Positions 9,683-19,446 of a DNA stretch of 53,286 nucleotides are shown here, one piece after another; position 1 is the first letter of the stretch; every line of letters begins with the position of its first letter. Origin of the DNA: Candidatus Pacearchaeota archaeon (lineage in GTDB: Archaea; Nanobdellota; Nanobdellia; Pacearchaeales; GW2011-AR1); assembly GCA_023136775.1 (NCBI GenBank), contig JAGLQO010000013.1:1-53286 (forward strand), given 5' to 3'. The notes beneath the pieces were generated by a model, which had not been told where the DNA came from, did not search any database, and was given only the letters and a program-made list of their open reading frames with translations. The translations under genes and the position numbers were made by a program.

Positions 9683-10651
9683 TTAACTAGTCTTTTTTGA
9701 TTTATTTTTTAAATATTTTATAGCATATTTAACTTCCTTTGCATTATCCTCACTAAATGAAGCATATTTTTTAAAGTCCGATAAGGCTTTACTATACCTA
9801 CTAAAAGCCTTTAATCTAATTGCGCGAGTAAAATAGGCATCTTCGAATTCAGAATTTAGTTCTATTGTTTTTGAATAATCTAATATCGCATCTTCAAATC
9901 TTTTTAATCTAGAAAAATAACCTCCACGATTATGATAAGCAACTTCGTTGTTAGGACTTATCTTTATAGCTTTGGTACAAGCATCTATAGCTTTTACATA
10001 ATTTCTTTCTTCACTATATGCACATGCCAAATTAGATAAAATTATTGAAGTCAAAGCCACATCATTTAATCTTTTCCTTTTGCTTTTATAGTTATAACCT
10101 CTTGGTAATGTCGTCTCCAAAAGTATAAACTCTTCATTATTACTGACTTCAAGACAAACATGATTTCCATAACTTACAGCCCTTGATGAAATTCCCTTAG
10201 CTTTTAATAAAAATTTATCAATCGAAGTAAAACCCAAACAATCTGCAACTTCTTTTTCTTTTGAAAGAATTCTTGTTAAGGAATCGTAAAAAGAATTTGG
10301 GGAAAAGTAATCTGCAACTTCTTTTTCTTTTGAAAGAAGTTTTTCTAAGGAATAAGAAAAAGGATCTGAAGAGGAACTATCTTCAGACGCGCCTTTCATA
10401 TATGCGCTCTTAAAAGGAATTCCCACACCAGAATGAGTAAACTCTAATACCTTCTTTTCTATATACTCATTAGTCATTACAATAGGAATAAGATTACCAT
10501 CTTTATCTGTGTTTAAATATTCTTCAAAATTTTTTAATACAATGTTTGCAGATTGTAAGCTCTTCCCTTTATTCTTAGGCTCTATGTCAATTAATTCTCG
10601 GGCGAGACTTCTGGCATTAATGATATCATAGATATTTCCTTTATTTCGCAT
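9683..10651 (-). CDS. Transglutaminase-like domain + TPR protein (paralog)
   Basis: ADCLGF...NHVCLE...LETT, TPRs (AYHNRG, AYFTRA); aligns along its length with the neighbour. Confidence 0.7.
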   Translation of the reverse strand: MRNKGNIYDIINARSLARELIDIEPKNKGKSLQSANIVLKNFEEYLNTDKDGNLIPIVMTNEYIEKKVLEFTHSGVGIPFKSAYMKGASEDSSSSDPFSYSLEKLLSKEKEVADYFSPNSFYDSLTRILSKEKEVADCLGFTSIDKFLLKAKGISSRAVSYGNHVCLEVSNNEEFILLETTLPRGYNYKSKRKRLNDVALTSIILSNLACAYSEERNYVKAIDACTKAIKISPNNEVAYHNRGGYFSRLKRFEDAILDYSKTIELNSEFEDAYFTRAIRLKAFSRYSKALSDFKKYASFSEDNAKEVKYAIKYLKNKSKKTS

Positions 10652-10741
10652 AAAAATTCTAAATAAAAACAGTTTATTAAAAAATATGTACTCAAAAATA
10701 TATCTTCAATCTCAATCAATCAATAACCAAAGCCCCACGGC

Positions 10742-10849
10742 AGAAATTGCAGATTTAGCAGGTGAGTTCGCAGTGTAAAATTTTGTGTAGCGTGCTAACA
10801 CACGTAAACAAAATTTTACCAAGAAATCACCGCTAAAGCTGCAATTTCT
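10742..10849. repeat. Long imperfect hairpin, family B, overlapping the ATPase stop codon
   Basis: agaaattgcag-atttagc...gctaaa-gctgcaatttct with inner gtaaaattttgt/acaaaattttac. Confidence 0.75.
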
Positions 10850-13124
10850 TCGCTTCTTTTTCTAACCACCGCTTCCACCTTGGAAAAACAAATTCACTAG
10901 TTGGAAGTCCAACTTCCTCTGTTGCCTCATTACTAATCTGATGAAATGCATTGTTTGACTTAACCGTAAACTCAGCCTCTAGAATATCTTCATTTTTAAT
11001 TCTGTCACTAAATTTAACAGTCTCTTCTTTAATCTTTTGACGAAGCAAAACATTATCCCAAACAGCATCCCAATTTCCAGCCCAACCCTTAACATTCGAT
11101 GCAATACTTTTCATAATATCACTATCTCCATTCATCAAATCATCCGTCGGTTGTAATTCATCAGACTCCACATCATATTTCATCAAATCAACAAAACCGT
11201 TTTCTTTCTCAGGATCATGAGTCCAATGTTTCCGACATTCCGCAATCTGCAAAACCCTTCTCCAAGAATGAAGCCCATCAGCCGACTTAATCGGATTCGT
11301 AACCACAATTATATCTGTCGCCTTAAAACTCGTCGCTGGAACCTCTAAATCATTAACAACTCTATCGAAAACCCCATAAGGACTGGCTCCATGAATTGTC
11401 CCCGCAACAACATTTGCCAAAGCTCCAACCCTCATCGCCTCATACAAAGCCTTTGCCTCACCCGAACGAATTTCCCCAACAATCAAAGCCGAATCCCCCA
11501 AACGAAGAGAAGCTCGAATACCATCTTCCGCCGCAACCTCAGTAGACTCTCCACCAAGAGCTGATCGAACCTTCATAGACAAAATATCATAATCAAGTCG
11601 TCGCATAGCAGAAACTGGAAGCTCAAGCGTGTCTTCAATAGTGATAATACGATGACTTGGCATAATTTCCAACAACAAACTCCCAAGCAAAGACGTCTTA
11701 CCAGATGAACGAGTCCCAGCAACAAGCATTGTCCGAGCTCCATCAATCATAAAACTAAGAAGTCCAGCACCAAGTCCATTAATGGCACGATTTTTTAAAA
11801 ATAATGGTAAAGTCCACGGCTTATCTCGATGACGCCTCAAAGTATAAGCAAGTCCCCCAGAAGACAATGGCTTTTGAATAATCGCAACCCTAGCATGAAT
11901 ATTATTTAAAGTTAAACTTGTATCAAGAATAGGATTAGCCTCATCCAACGCCCGACCCGAAGACATTCTAAATTTCGCAGCCCAAGAATCGGCATCCTCT
12001 TGACTCGGAATTAAATTTGATGCACATTCTCCATAATCATTATGTTTCACAAAAATAGGAGAAAGTGAAACAGGAGCATTAACCATAATGTCTTGTAAAT
12101 TTTCATCCTCCAATAAAACCTCCAAAATTCCAAACCCAATAGTATGACGAACCAAAATATTAGCAAGTTTCTTCATCTCCGAAAAACCAAGATTAATATT
12201 TTTACTTGCAGCCAAATCACTAAGCAAATCTTTAGCAACATTAAAAAAAACTTGACGAGTCCTTTCTGGATCATTAAACTCGTCGGACGTCGGACGATGT
12301 TCAATTAAAACATTACGAGCTAAATTAAGAAGCATATGCTGTTCTTCTTCTAATAAATACTCAGGAGGAGACAAGTGATAAACAAGCTTAGCCTTATTCG
12401 GTCTTTTAAAAATTGTAACAACACTCTCGTCACTCCCTCTAGCAATCGTATACTGTTTAATTATTTCAGCATCACCAGGCACTCTTGCAATCATTCGAGT
12501 AAAAGTAAAATTAGGCATAATGTCCGCCCTAAAAACCTCCAAATAAATATCCCTATCCCCAGAACGATAAATATCAAAAGAATCTTTAAGTTTTCTAACA
12601 AGTTCCAACTCATCAAAAAGATAAACAACTCTTTCTAAAATTCGAACGTAAGAACTAACCTCCATATGTAATGCGCCCGAAGAAGCAGTAGTGTTCAAAG
12701 CTGCCTTCTTAGAAAATAACATTCCCTTAAGCTCACGATAAGCACTAATTGGATCAACAGATAACAACTCATTAATAATTCTATTCAAGAAAGAATAAGC
12801 CTCAGGATAAGTATTTCCAAGGTGAGATAATTTTTCTGGCGTTACAATTTTTTCTTGCTTGATTAAAAAATCAAAAAGTGTGGCAACTTCTAGGAGTATT
12901 TTAACTTGGGGGAAATCATGAGAATAATTTCTCTGTTGAACAAAAACGACTCTGGAAATATTAGGATCCTCACGAAGATTATCAATTGTTCTTCCCATAA
13001 CTTCAGCAGAATGAGTCAAAGACGGAACCGTGGCAGCACCAAGATAATTTGTATACATCACATTCTCCCCACTTTCACGCACAACCTCATAAGAATAAAG
13101 CGGCGTATCTGGTCTAAACATCAT
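10833..13124 (-). CDS. Type II/IV secretion system ATPase (PilB/TadA/VirB11 family), pilus assembly ATPase
   Basis: Walker A GTRSSGKT, Asp box TIEDTLEL, Walker B LIVGEIR, His box GTIHG. Confidence 0.92.
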   Translation of the reverse strand: MMFRPDTPLYSYEVVRESGENVMYTNYLGAATVPSLTHSAEVMGRTIDNLREDPNISRVVFVQQRNYSHDFPQVKILLEVATLFDFLIKQEKIVTPEKLSHLGNTYPEAYSFLNRIINELLSVDPISAYRELKGMLFSKKAALNTTASSGALHMEVSSYVRILERVVYLFDELELVRKLKDSFDIYRSGDRDIYLEVFRADIMPNFTFTRMIARVPGDAEIIKQYTIARGSDESVVTIFKRPNKAKLVYHLSPPEYLLEEEQHMLLNLARNVLIEHRPTSDEFNDPERTRQVFFNVAKDLLSDLAASKNINLGFSEMKKLANILVRHTIGFGILEVLLEDENLQDIMVNAPVSLSPIFVKHNDYGECASNLIPSQEDADSWAAKFRMSSGRALDEANPILDTSLTLNNIHARVAIIQKPLSSGGLAYTLRRHRDKPWTLPLFLKNRAINGLGAGLLSFMIDGARTMLVAGTRSSGKTSLLGSLLLEIMPSHRIITIEDTLELPVSAMRRLDYDILSMKVRSALGGESTEVAAEDGIRASLRLGDSALIVGEIRSGEAKALYEAMRVGALANVVAGTIHGASPYGVFDRVVNDLEVPATSFKATDIIVVTNPIKSADGLHSWRRVLQIAECRKHWTHDPEKENGFVDLMKYDVESDELQPTDDLMNGDSDIMKSIASNVKGWAGNWDAVWDNVLLRQKIKEETVKFSDRIKNEDILEAEFTVKSNNAFHQISNEATEEVGLPTSEFVFPRWKRWLEKEAKKLQL

Positions 13125-13339
13125 CTTTTATTTACCATCCTCTAATCTAACAATTAAAACAAAATCTAATATTAAAATATATGTGTAATAAAAATCCACA
13201 TAAAATTTCAACCTTCTAAAAACAAAAAGCTCAACAAGCTAATTGCCTCACATCTATTAAATCCGCGAGCCATTCCTGTTTTCAATTAGCAAATACATAT
13301 TATCTAAACAATTATAAAATAACATTACCTAAGAAATAT

Positions 13340-13732
13340 ATGGCTCAAGAACCTCCTCAAGAACAACCGCAACTATCCGATTTCAACACAAGACTTCGAG
13401 ACATTGATGAAAGAAGCAGACTAATAAGAGAAAGAGTTTTGCTTCTTGGAAAAAATCTCATCTCATCTAGACAAGATGTCGATAACGAGCTAAAGGAAAT
13501 AAGAAAGGAAAATCAAGAAATAAAAAAAGACTTGATAAAAATAAAAAAAGTAACGAACTCACTTTTAACCGAATTTAACAAATTTGTAAAAAGAGAAGAA
13601 CTAACCGTTGTCGAAAGAATGTTAAAGGATTTCGAACCACTAGAATTCATGAGAAGAAAAGATGTCGAAGAATTAATTGAAGAAAAACTACATGCTAAGA
13701 AAGAAATAAAAACTAAGGAGCACTCTAAATAA
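13340..13732 (+). CDS. Coiled-coil hypothetical protein
   Basis: 130-aa ORF with heptad-like charged helices; divergent from ATPase; TATA-like sequence upstream. Confidence 0.75.
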   Translation: MAQEPPQEQPQLSDFNTRLRDIDERSRLIRERVLLLGKNLISSRQDVDNELKEIRKENQEIKKDLIKIKKVTNSLLTEFNKFVKREELTVVERMLKDFEPLEFMRRKDVEELIEEKLHAKKEIKTKEHSK

Positions 13733-13776
13733 TATGACACGAAGATCCAAAAATAAATTATGGAGCAATCTATAGC

Positions 13777-14583
13777 ATGACAACTCTTGACAAAATAATA
13801 CAAATGCAACAACAAGGAATGCCAGATGCAACCATAATTTCTCAGCTACAAAACGAAGGAATATCGCCAGCAGAGATAAATGATTCTATAAATCAAGCTA
13901 AAATTAAAAATGCAGTTTCACCTCCAGACATCTCTGCGGCACCAGCAACCCCACAAGGAATGGCTCCTTCTATGACACAAGATCCAAATGCAATTCCAAT
14001 TCCCAACGCCCCAGCAACTCCTAGTCCAGAAGTTTATCCACCCCAAGCTCCAATTCAATCAGCAATGCCCGCTCCTGGAATACCTGCAGGAGATCCATAT
14101 GCCGCACAAGCCCCTCAAGCTCCAGTAGCTGACCCATACGCAGGACAAGCATATCCACCCCAAGACCAATATGCTCCACAAGATCCATATGCCGCACAAG
14201 CCCCTCAAGACAATTATTACCAACAAACCCCACAAGGATATTCAGACCAAGAATACTACGGAGGCGGAGGTGCTGCCAGCACTGAAACAATTTCCGAAAT
14301 AGCAGAGCAAGTTACAACGGAAAAATTAAATGCATATAAAAAGAAAGTCGGAGACATTGCATCTTTCAAAAATACAATTCAAGATAAAGTAGCCGACATC
14401 GATGATAGATTGAAAAGAATTGAATCAACTATAGACAAACTTCAACAAGCAATCATCGGAAAAATTGGAGAATTCGGAGAATCAAACGCAATGATTCACA
14501 AAGATTTAGAAAACCTCCACGGAACAGTTGGGAAATTAATGAATCCATTAGTAGATACATATAATGAATTGAAAAAGAAGTAA
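13777..14583 (+). CDS. Protein with N-terminal helical domain, Pro/Gln/Ala-rich linker and C-terminal coiled coil
   Basis: DPYAAQAPQ repeats (29-bp exact repeat 14091-14119 / 14181-14209); GGAG SD-like site upstream. Confidence 0.8.
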   Translation: MTTLDKIIQMQQQGMPDATIISQLQNEGISPAEINDSINQAKIKNAVSPPDISAAPATPQGMAPSMTQDPNAIPIPNAPATPSPEVYPPQAPIQSAMPAPGIPAGDPYAAQAPQAPVADPYAGQAYPPQDQYAPQDPYAAQAPQDNYYQQTPQGYSDQEYYGGGGAASTETISEIAEQVTTEKLNAYKKKVGDIASFKNTIQDKVADIDDRLKRIESTIDKLQQAIIGKIGEFGESNAMIHKDLENLHGTVGKLMNPLVDTYNELKKK

Positions 14584-14594
14584 ACAATTCTAAC

Positions 14595-14662
14595 GAAGAG
14601 CGAACGAATCGCACAACAATGTATTCTCCCGTCACCTGCTACCTCAGACCCGTTACCCCTTG
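14595..14662. repeat. Intergenic repeat family D copy
   Basis: cgaacgaatcgcacaacaatgtattctcccgtcacc matches cgaaagaatcgtgcaacaatgtattcttcccgtaacc at ~33991. Confidence 0.65.
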
Positions 14663-14731
14663 ACAAAGTCAAGCAGATACATATAATGAGTTAAAGAAAA
14701 AGTAATTCTAAGTTACATAACAAAAACCAGC

Positions 14732-14833
14732 AATTTTAATTTTAGACAGATTTAGTCAAGGCGGAAGGTTGCGTAGCGTACATTGTACGCAAGTGTTCTT
14801 CCAACGCAGAATAAATCGTATAAAATTAAAATT
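14732..14833. repeat. Long imperfect hairpin, family B, abutting a stop codon
   Basis: aattttaatttta...gtagcgtac att gtacgcaa...taaaattaaaatt. Confidence 0.75.
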
Positions 14834-14834
14834 A

Positions 14835-15305
14835 TTATTTTTTAAGTTGCCAGGCGACTACACCCGCTATTATTAATAAGAGTATCATACCAAACCAATC
14901 TGTTGACATCCAGGTTCTGACTAATGCCCAATTAATTGCAGTATTGAAAACATGTCCAGCAGATAAGACAAACAAAAGAATCATTATTCCAAATACTGCC
15001 CATCCAATCCACTTACTGTCCTTGAAAATACTCGGAGCATCACCTGGCAAAAAAGCCATTATTACAAATATAAAAAATAATACAACAACTCCAACACTAA
15101 ACCATGCAGATGAAAATTGAATAAATTCTACCAACTTTGCTTGAACAATAAAAAAACTAGCTAAAACAAACGAAATCAATAGCATAACAAATTCATTGCC
15201 ACCCAAAATTTCAGACTTCTTCAACAAAGCATAAACCACAACAAGCACTAATAAAAATGCAAAAATAGGAAGAAAATACCCAATCGTTGAAATTACTACA
15301 GCCAT
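14835..15305 (-). CDS. Multi-pass membrane protein (paralog 3 of 3)
   Basis: YFLPIFAFLLVLVVVYALLKKSEILG motif shared with the next two ORFs. Confidence 0.8.
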   Translation of the reverse strand: MAVVISTIGYFLPIFAFLLVLVVVYALLKKSEILGGNEFVMLLISFVLASFFIVQAKLVEFIQFSSAWFSVGVVVLFFIFVIMAFLPGDAPSIFKDSKWIGWAVFGIMILLFVLSAGHVFNTAINWALVRTWMSTDWFGMILLLIIAGVVAWQLKK

Positions 15306-15349
15306 AATTGACTAAGAAAAATATTGTTTATATATTTATTGAATAGAAA

Positions 15350-15859
15350 TTATTCAGAATTCTTTCCCTTAACAACCAAAACAACTGCCACAACTATTCC
15401 CACAATGACTATCGCCCAAATATATTCTACAAACCATCCACCAAAACCACTAGCTCCGCTCCAACTTCCCCATGAGCTAAGTGCCCAAATAATTACACCA
15501 GCCAAAATAGCCCATCCAAACCACACATGTTTTCCTTCTGGATTCCCAGCCGGTAAAAAAAATCCAATGAAAATCATAAATACTAATAATAAAGAAAGAC
15601 CTATCCCAAACCTAGGAAATATTACTGCAAAAAATTCTGAAACAAAATCAAATTGTAAAGAAAGCAATGATACAGAAACTGCAATTATAGCAGTTATCCC
15701 TTTGTTGTTTACAAATTTATCCCCTTCTTTGCTAGCCAATAATTTTGTTTTTTCAAGAATAGCATATACAATAGCGAAAATTAATAAAAATGGCAAGACA
15801 TATGAGAACACCCCCATCTGATTCCAAGTGTTCATAATATCTGTAATTGTCACAACCAT
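15350..15859 (-). CDS. Multi-pass membrane protein (paralog 2 of 3)
   Basis: YVLPFLLIFAIVYAILEKTKLL motif; own TATA upstream. Confidence 0.8.
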   Translation of the reverse strand: MVVTITDIMNTWNQMGVFSYVLPFLLIFAIVYAILEKTKLLASKEGDKFVNNKGITAIIAVSVSLLSLQFDFVSEFFAVIFPRFGIGLSLLLVFMIFIGFFLPAGNPEGKHVWFGWAILAGVIIWALSSWGSWSGASGFGGWFVEYIWAIVIVGIVVAVVLVVKGKNSE

Positions 15860-15898
15860 AACTTATCAAGATAAATATTATTTATATATGTTTGGAAA

Positions 15899-16393
15899 TT
15901 ATTTATCACTGCCCTTTTTCTTCCCACCAACAATCGCAACGATAACAGCTCCAATAACCAACCCAACCATAATTATATTCATTAAAAGAGTACCTCCAGA
16001 ATTTCCACTAAACGTTTCAACGATTTTACTACCGAGTCCAGTTACAAACAGCACAACTCCAAATGTAAATACTCCAGCCAATCCCCCAAACACTGGCTTC
16101 ATCCATTTATGCTTTGATGCATCAGACAAATCTCCAGCAACAAATCCATATAAAATTAAAAATACTAAAATCACAGCAATACCAACTGCCATCCACGGCA
16201 TAATACCAACAATAATACCTCGAGGACCAGGAAGTGCAATCAATAAAAGTCCAACAACAAATCCAACAATCGCATCAATCTGAGCCTTACCATCACCTAA
16301 GATTTTAGACTTTTGTAAAATAGCAAATGTCACGACGAACACCAGTAAGAACGGCAAAAGCATTTCGGTAAAAAATGGGTGTTCAAATATCAT
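15899..16393 (-). CDS. Multi-pass membrane protein (paralog 1 of 3)
   Basis: MLLPFLLVFVVTFAILQKSKILG motif; own TATA upstream. Confidence 0.8.
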   Translation of the reverse strand: MIFEHPFFTEMLLPFLLVFVVTFAILQKSKILGDGKAQIDAIVGFVVGLLLIALPGPRGIIVGIMPWMAVGIAVILVFLILYGFVAGDLSDASKHKWMKPVFGGLAGVFTFGVVLFVTGLGSKIVETFSGNSGGTLLMNIIMVGLVIGAVIVAIVGGKKKGSDK

Positions 16394-16481
16394 AGTTTAA
16401 CAAATCAAATAGCTTATATAAATATTTTGAAACTAAAATCACACACTCTGCTTCCTCACCCACTCCAAATCCTCAAGCGCA

Positions 16482-16583
16482 GATTTAATTTTAGACGAGG
16501 GATTTCGCAGCGTTAAAGATTTTGCAGCGTACTGCAGTACGTAAAAAATTTTTAACCAAGAAATCACCGTATAAAATTAAATC
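16482..16583. repeat. Long imperfect hairpin, family B, overlapping the PRC-barrel stop codon
   Basis: gatttaatttta...gcagcgtac tgca gtacgtaa...ccaagaaatcaccg...taaaattaaatc; core matches the 10742 copy. Confidence 0.75.
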
Positions 16584-16873
16584 AGCTCGTCTTCTAGGGG
16601 GAGCATGTCTTCTTCCACATCTTGTGGAATTGGAACTGCATTCCTATTAATAATTATAATGTCGCCCATTGCTTTGATAAATTGATGTGGTACTATTATC
16701 CCTCTAGCTCCACCAAGAACATTTACCATTCCTGATTCTCTTGAAACTACGATTCTCCAACCATCAATTTTATTATCAATTAGATTAACTTCTTCAATCG
16801 TTCCGAATAAATCTCCAGAATCTGTATAAACTCGCTTCCCTATCGTCTCACTTAATTTCTTTATTTTTAACAT
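16577..16873 (-). CDS. PRC-barrel domain protein
   Basis: LSETIGKRVYTDSGDLFGTIEEV...IIVPHQFIKAMGDIIII is a typical archaeal PRC barrel. Confidence 0.85.
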   Translation of the reverse strand: MLKIKKLSETIGKRVYTDSGDLFGTIEEVNLIDNKIDGWRIVVSRESGMVNVLGGARGIIVPHQFIKAMGDIIIINRNAVPIPQDVEEDMLPLEDELI

Positions 16874-17068
16874 AATTCAACAACTCGAGCTTCATTTAAA
16901 TAGATTTCTATGCTCCAGAAGATGTTGAAAAAATCATGTAACGACAATCAAAGGACATCACAAGAACTCTTTCCCCAGAAGGTAAACAATGAAGTCAAAC
17001 ACTCTAAGTTTATAAAAATATAGCAACTCCGTAGCAAGTTTTATAAAAAATATTGTACTATATCTATT

Positions 17069-17695
17069 ATGGAAATTGGAAATAATAAAAAAGAAATAAT
17101 AACTATAGCTCTAGCAGCAATCATTCTAGCAATAACTGTATCATTCAAGGACCTCTCAATTTTTTATAAAGCCCTATTAAGTTTCCTAATAATAATTACC
17201 GCAAATGTAATAATAAAAAAACTAATCGGATATCATTTTGAAATTAAAATTAATACAAAAATTTGGACATTGTATCAATTTGGATTCAAGAAAAAACAAC
17301 ACTTCAAAAAACCTATGCCAATGGCATGGCTTCCATTTGTAATGGCATTTTTTTCAAGAGGATATATTTTCTGGTTAGGAATATTAGAATTTGACGCTAA
17401 CCCTCTTCCAGAAAGAGCTTCTAGAAGACACGGACTTTACAGATTTACTGAAATAACAGAAAGACACATGGGATGGATTGCATTCTGGGGAGTTGTGACA
17501 AATTTAATCATGGGAATCATTGGTTATATAATTGGATTTGAACTTTTCGCAAAACTTAATTTCCATTTTGCAATGTGGTCGATAATTCCAATAGCAAGAT
17601 TTGACGGAACAAAAATATTTTTCGCCAATCGAATACTTTGGGTAATCATAACATCAATAGCCTCACTATTATTCTTCCTAAGTTTCGGAATCTAA
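17069..17695 (+). CDS. Membrane protein, site-2 protease (M50)-like but lacking HExxH
   Basis: SIIPIARFDGTKIF resembles NLLPxxPLDG; no HExxH in the expected N-terminal helix. Confidence 0.6.
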   Translation: MEIGNNKKEIITIALAAIILAITVSFKDLSIFYKALLSFLIIITANVIIKKLIGYHFEIKINTKIWTLYQFGFKKKQHFKKPMPMAWLPFVMAFFSRGYIFWLGILEFDANPLPERASRRHGLYRFTEITERHMGWIAFWGVVTNLIMGIIGYIIGFELFAKLNFHFAMWSIIPIARFDGTKIFFANRILWVIITSIASLLFFLSFGI

Positions 17696-17790
17696 TCTAA
17701 ACAAAATTTAATTCATAAGACCTCATACTCATCAACCTATTTTTAAATTAGTGAATTGTTTAATACAAATAACAAATAAAATTCCAAGGC

Positions 17791-17957
17791 CAAATGGCTC
17801 ACGGATTTACACAGACTCTTCTTTCGAAAAGTTCACGGATCCAAGACGCTAGCTCGTATATTACTTTTGTTTATTAAGTTCTGCCTTGAATCCGTGAATG
17901 AGGAACTCATCCGTGTAAATCCGTGAGCAAAAATTGCCCCCTTCCCCTGTCTTGAAT
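17791..17957. repeat. Inverted pair of family A repeats (17791-17847 minus; 17881-17957 plus)
   Basis: gctcacggatttacacaga...ttcacggatccaagac facing gccttgaatccgtgaa...tccgtgtaaatccgtgagc. Confidence 0.85.
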
Positions 17958-17983
17958 TGGCATGCCGGGGACTACCAAGGTCT

Positions 17984-18058
17984 GGGAGCTAGCAAGGTCG
18001 TCCCTAATTGGGGATCGTTTGAGACTAACCAAATTAAAATTTAAATAGTGAGAGTGTC
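17984..18058. repeat. Intergenic repeat family E copy (core TCGTTTRAGACYAACCAA)
   Basis: Core at 18015-18032, also at 19348-19365 and 48940-48957. Confidence 0.7.
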
Positions 18059-18096
18059 GCAAGCTATTTGTTTTGAAAAATATTACTCAAAAAAAA

Positions 18097-18384
18097 TTAA
18101 TCTAAAGTTGGAATTTTTTTAACTTTCTTCCTAATTACTTTCTTTTTAGAAATCACCCTTTTCTTAATTATAACTTTTTTGTCAACACTATAAAAATTAA
18201 CTTTATTCAAAAAGAAAATATAAAGAATCGGTAAAATCCCAAAAGTATTCAAAATAAAAAATGCAACAAACCAAGACAAATGTCCTTTCCGGGCTGCCTT
18301 CCAAGCAGCAATTCCTTTCCAAATAATCGTCCAAAATAAAACAGGATAAAACCAAATAGGAAGTGCAGAATAATCAATCACCAT
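18097..18384 (-). CDS. DUF5652-like small membrane protein with basic tail
   Basis: WKGIAAWKAARKGHLSWFVAFFILNTFGILPILYIF pattern. Confidence 0.7.
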   Translation of the reverse strand: MVIDYSALPIWFYPVLFWTIIWKGIAAWKAARKGHLSWFVAFFILNTFGILPILYIFFLNKVNFYSVDKKVIIKKRVISKKKVIRKKVKKIPTLD

Positions 18385-18720
18385 ATATTTTAAAGTAATT
18401 TAAAATTTATAAATATATTGGGAAAATGAAAAAATAAGGAAAATACTATGCGAAATAATAACGAGATACTACATCAGGAATTAAATCTAAATTGTTACTA
18501 ACTAAAAAGTTATTCAAATAAAATATAGTTCCCTCAGTCACTTCGTTCTTCCACTTACCTACCCAAAGCCCAACCCAGGGTCGACGCTCAAATAAATTAT
18601 ATTTTTATCCAGAAATTCCAATGAATTTATATATATTAAAGTCCTTCATAGGCTATAACTTACAGTTGTTCAGAGTGTAACGTAGAAATTCTGAAAAAAA
18701 AGATAATTATTCTAGTTTTT

Positions 18721-19293
18721 TTAATCAACTTGCTCATATGTTATTATAACCCATCCTCTATTCATTCCAAGATCTTCGAGGCTAGCAGCGTCAAGACCAT
18801 CGAAATTAGCATTGTCAAAATATCCACCAGTTGTTCTTACTAAAGAAATATCTGTAGATGTACCAAACATTCGATCTGAACCAGTTGAACCAAAATCATA
18901 ATAACCGAGACCAGCATCATTTATTATAATAGCACTAATTCCCCTTATTCTGGATAATATAATATCATGATTTACATTAATATACCTTGTAGTATCCATG
19001 TTCCAAGATCCAATTTCAACGGTTTTTGTTTTTAGCACAACATCATCTGTGGGTATTTCTTCAGCCATATCCACACAAGTCCAGTCAGCTCCACTCATTT
19101 GTAAAATCTGTCCGTCTGAACAGGGTTGAAGTTCTAAAAGGGAATGCCCAGGATTAGGAATTGTCCCTGCTATAGCATAAACTCCTACGCTAATTATCAT
19201 TAAAGCTCCTATTACAATAAAAGTATAAAACCAACGATTTGTAAAATTTATTTTTATATTAATTAGTGTGGAAAATTTCCTTTTCATTATCAA
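18721..19293 (-). CDS. Secreted/membrane-anchored surface protein
   Basis: N-terminal TM ending GVYA, PNPGH motif, C...W.C linker, beta-rich C-terminal domain. Confidence 0.7.
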   Translation of the reverse strand: MIMKRKFSTLINIKINFTNRWFYTFIVIGALMIISVGVYAIAGTIPNPGHSLLELQPCSDGQILQMSGADWTCVDMAEEIPTDDVVLKTKTVEIGSWNMDTTRYINVNHDIILSRIRGISAIIINDAGLGYYDFGSTGSDRMFGTSTDISLVRTTGGYFDNANFDGLDAASLEDLGMNRGWVIITYEQVD

Positions 19294-19446
19294 TATAATA
19301 AATAAGTATTATTTAAATATTTCTAAAACTTATAAATATATTGGGAATCGTTTAAGACCAACCAATTTAAATTTAATATCAGCGAGGCAAAGATTACACA
19401 AAAATGTCAATATTAATTTTATAAACTTGACTGAACATATATTAAA

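Noticed and set aside
6427-13124. Archaellum (ArlI/ArlJ) locus
   Set aside because: No ArlH, ArlF/G or archaellin-like genes recognised; gene context fits a pilus
15324-16283. Plus-strand ORFs of 165 and 151 aa
   Set aside because: Antisense shadows of hydrophobic membrane genes; T/I/N/P-rich with no motifs
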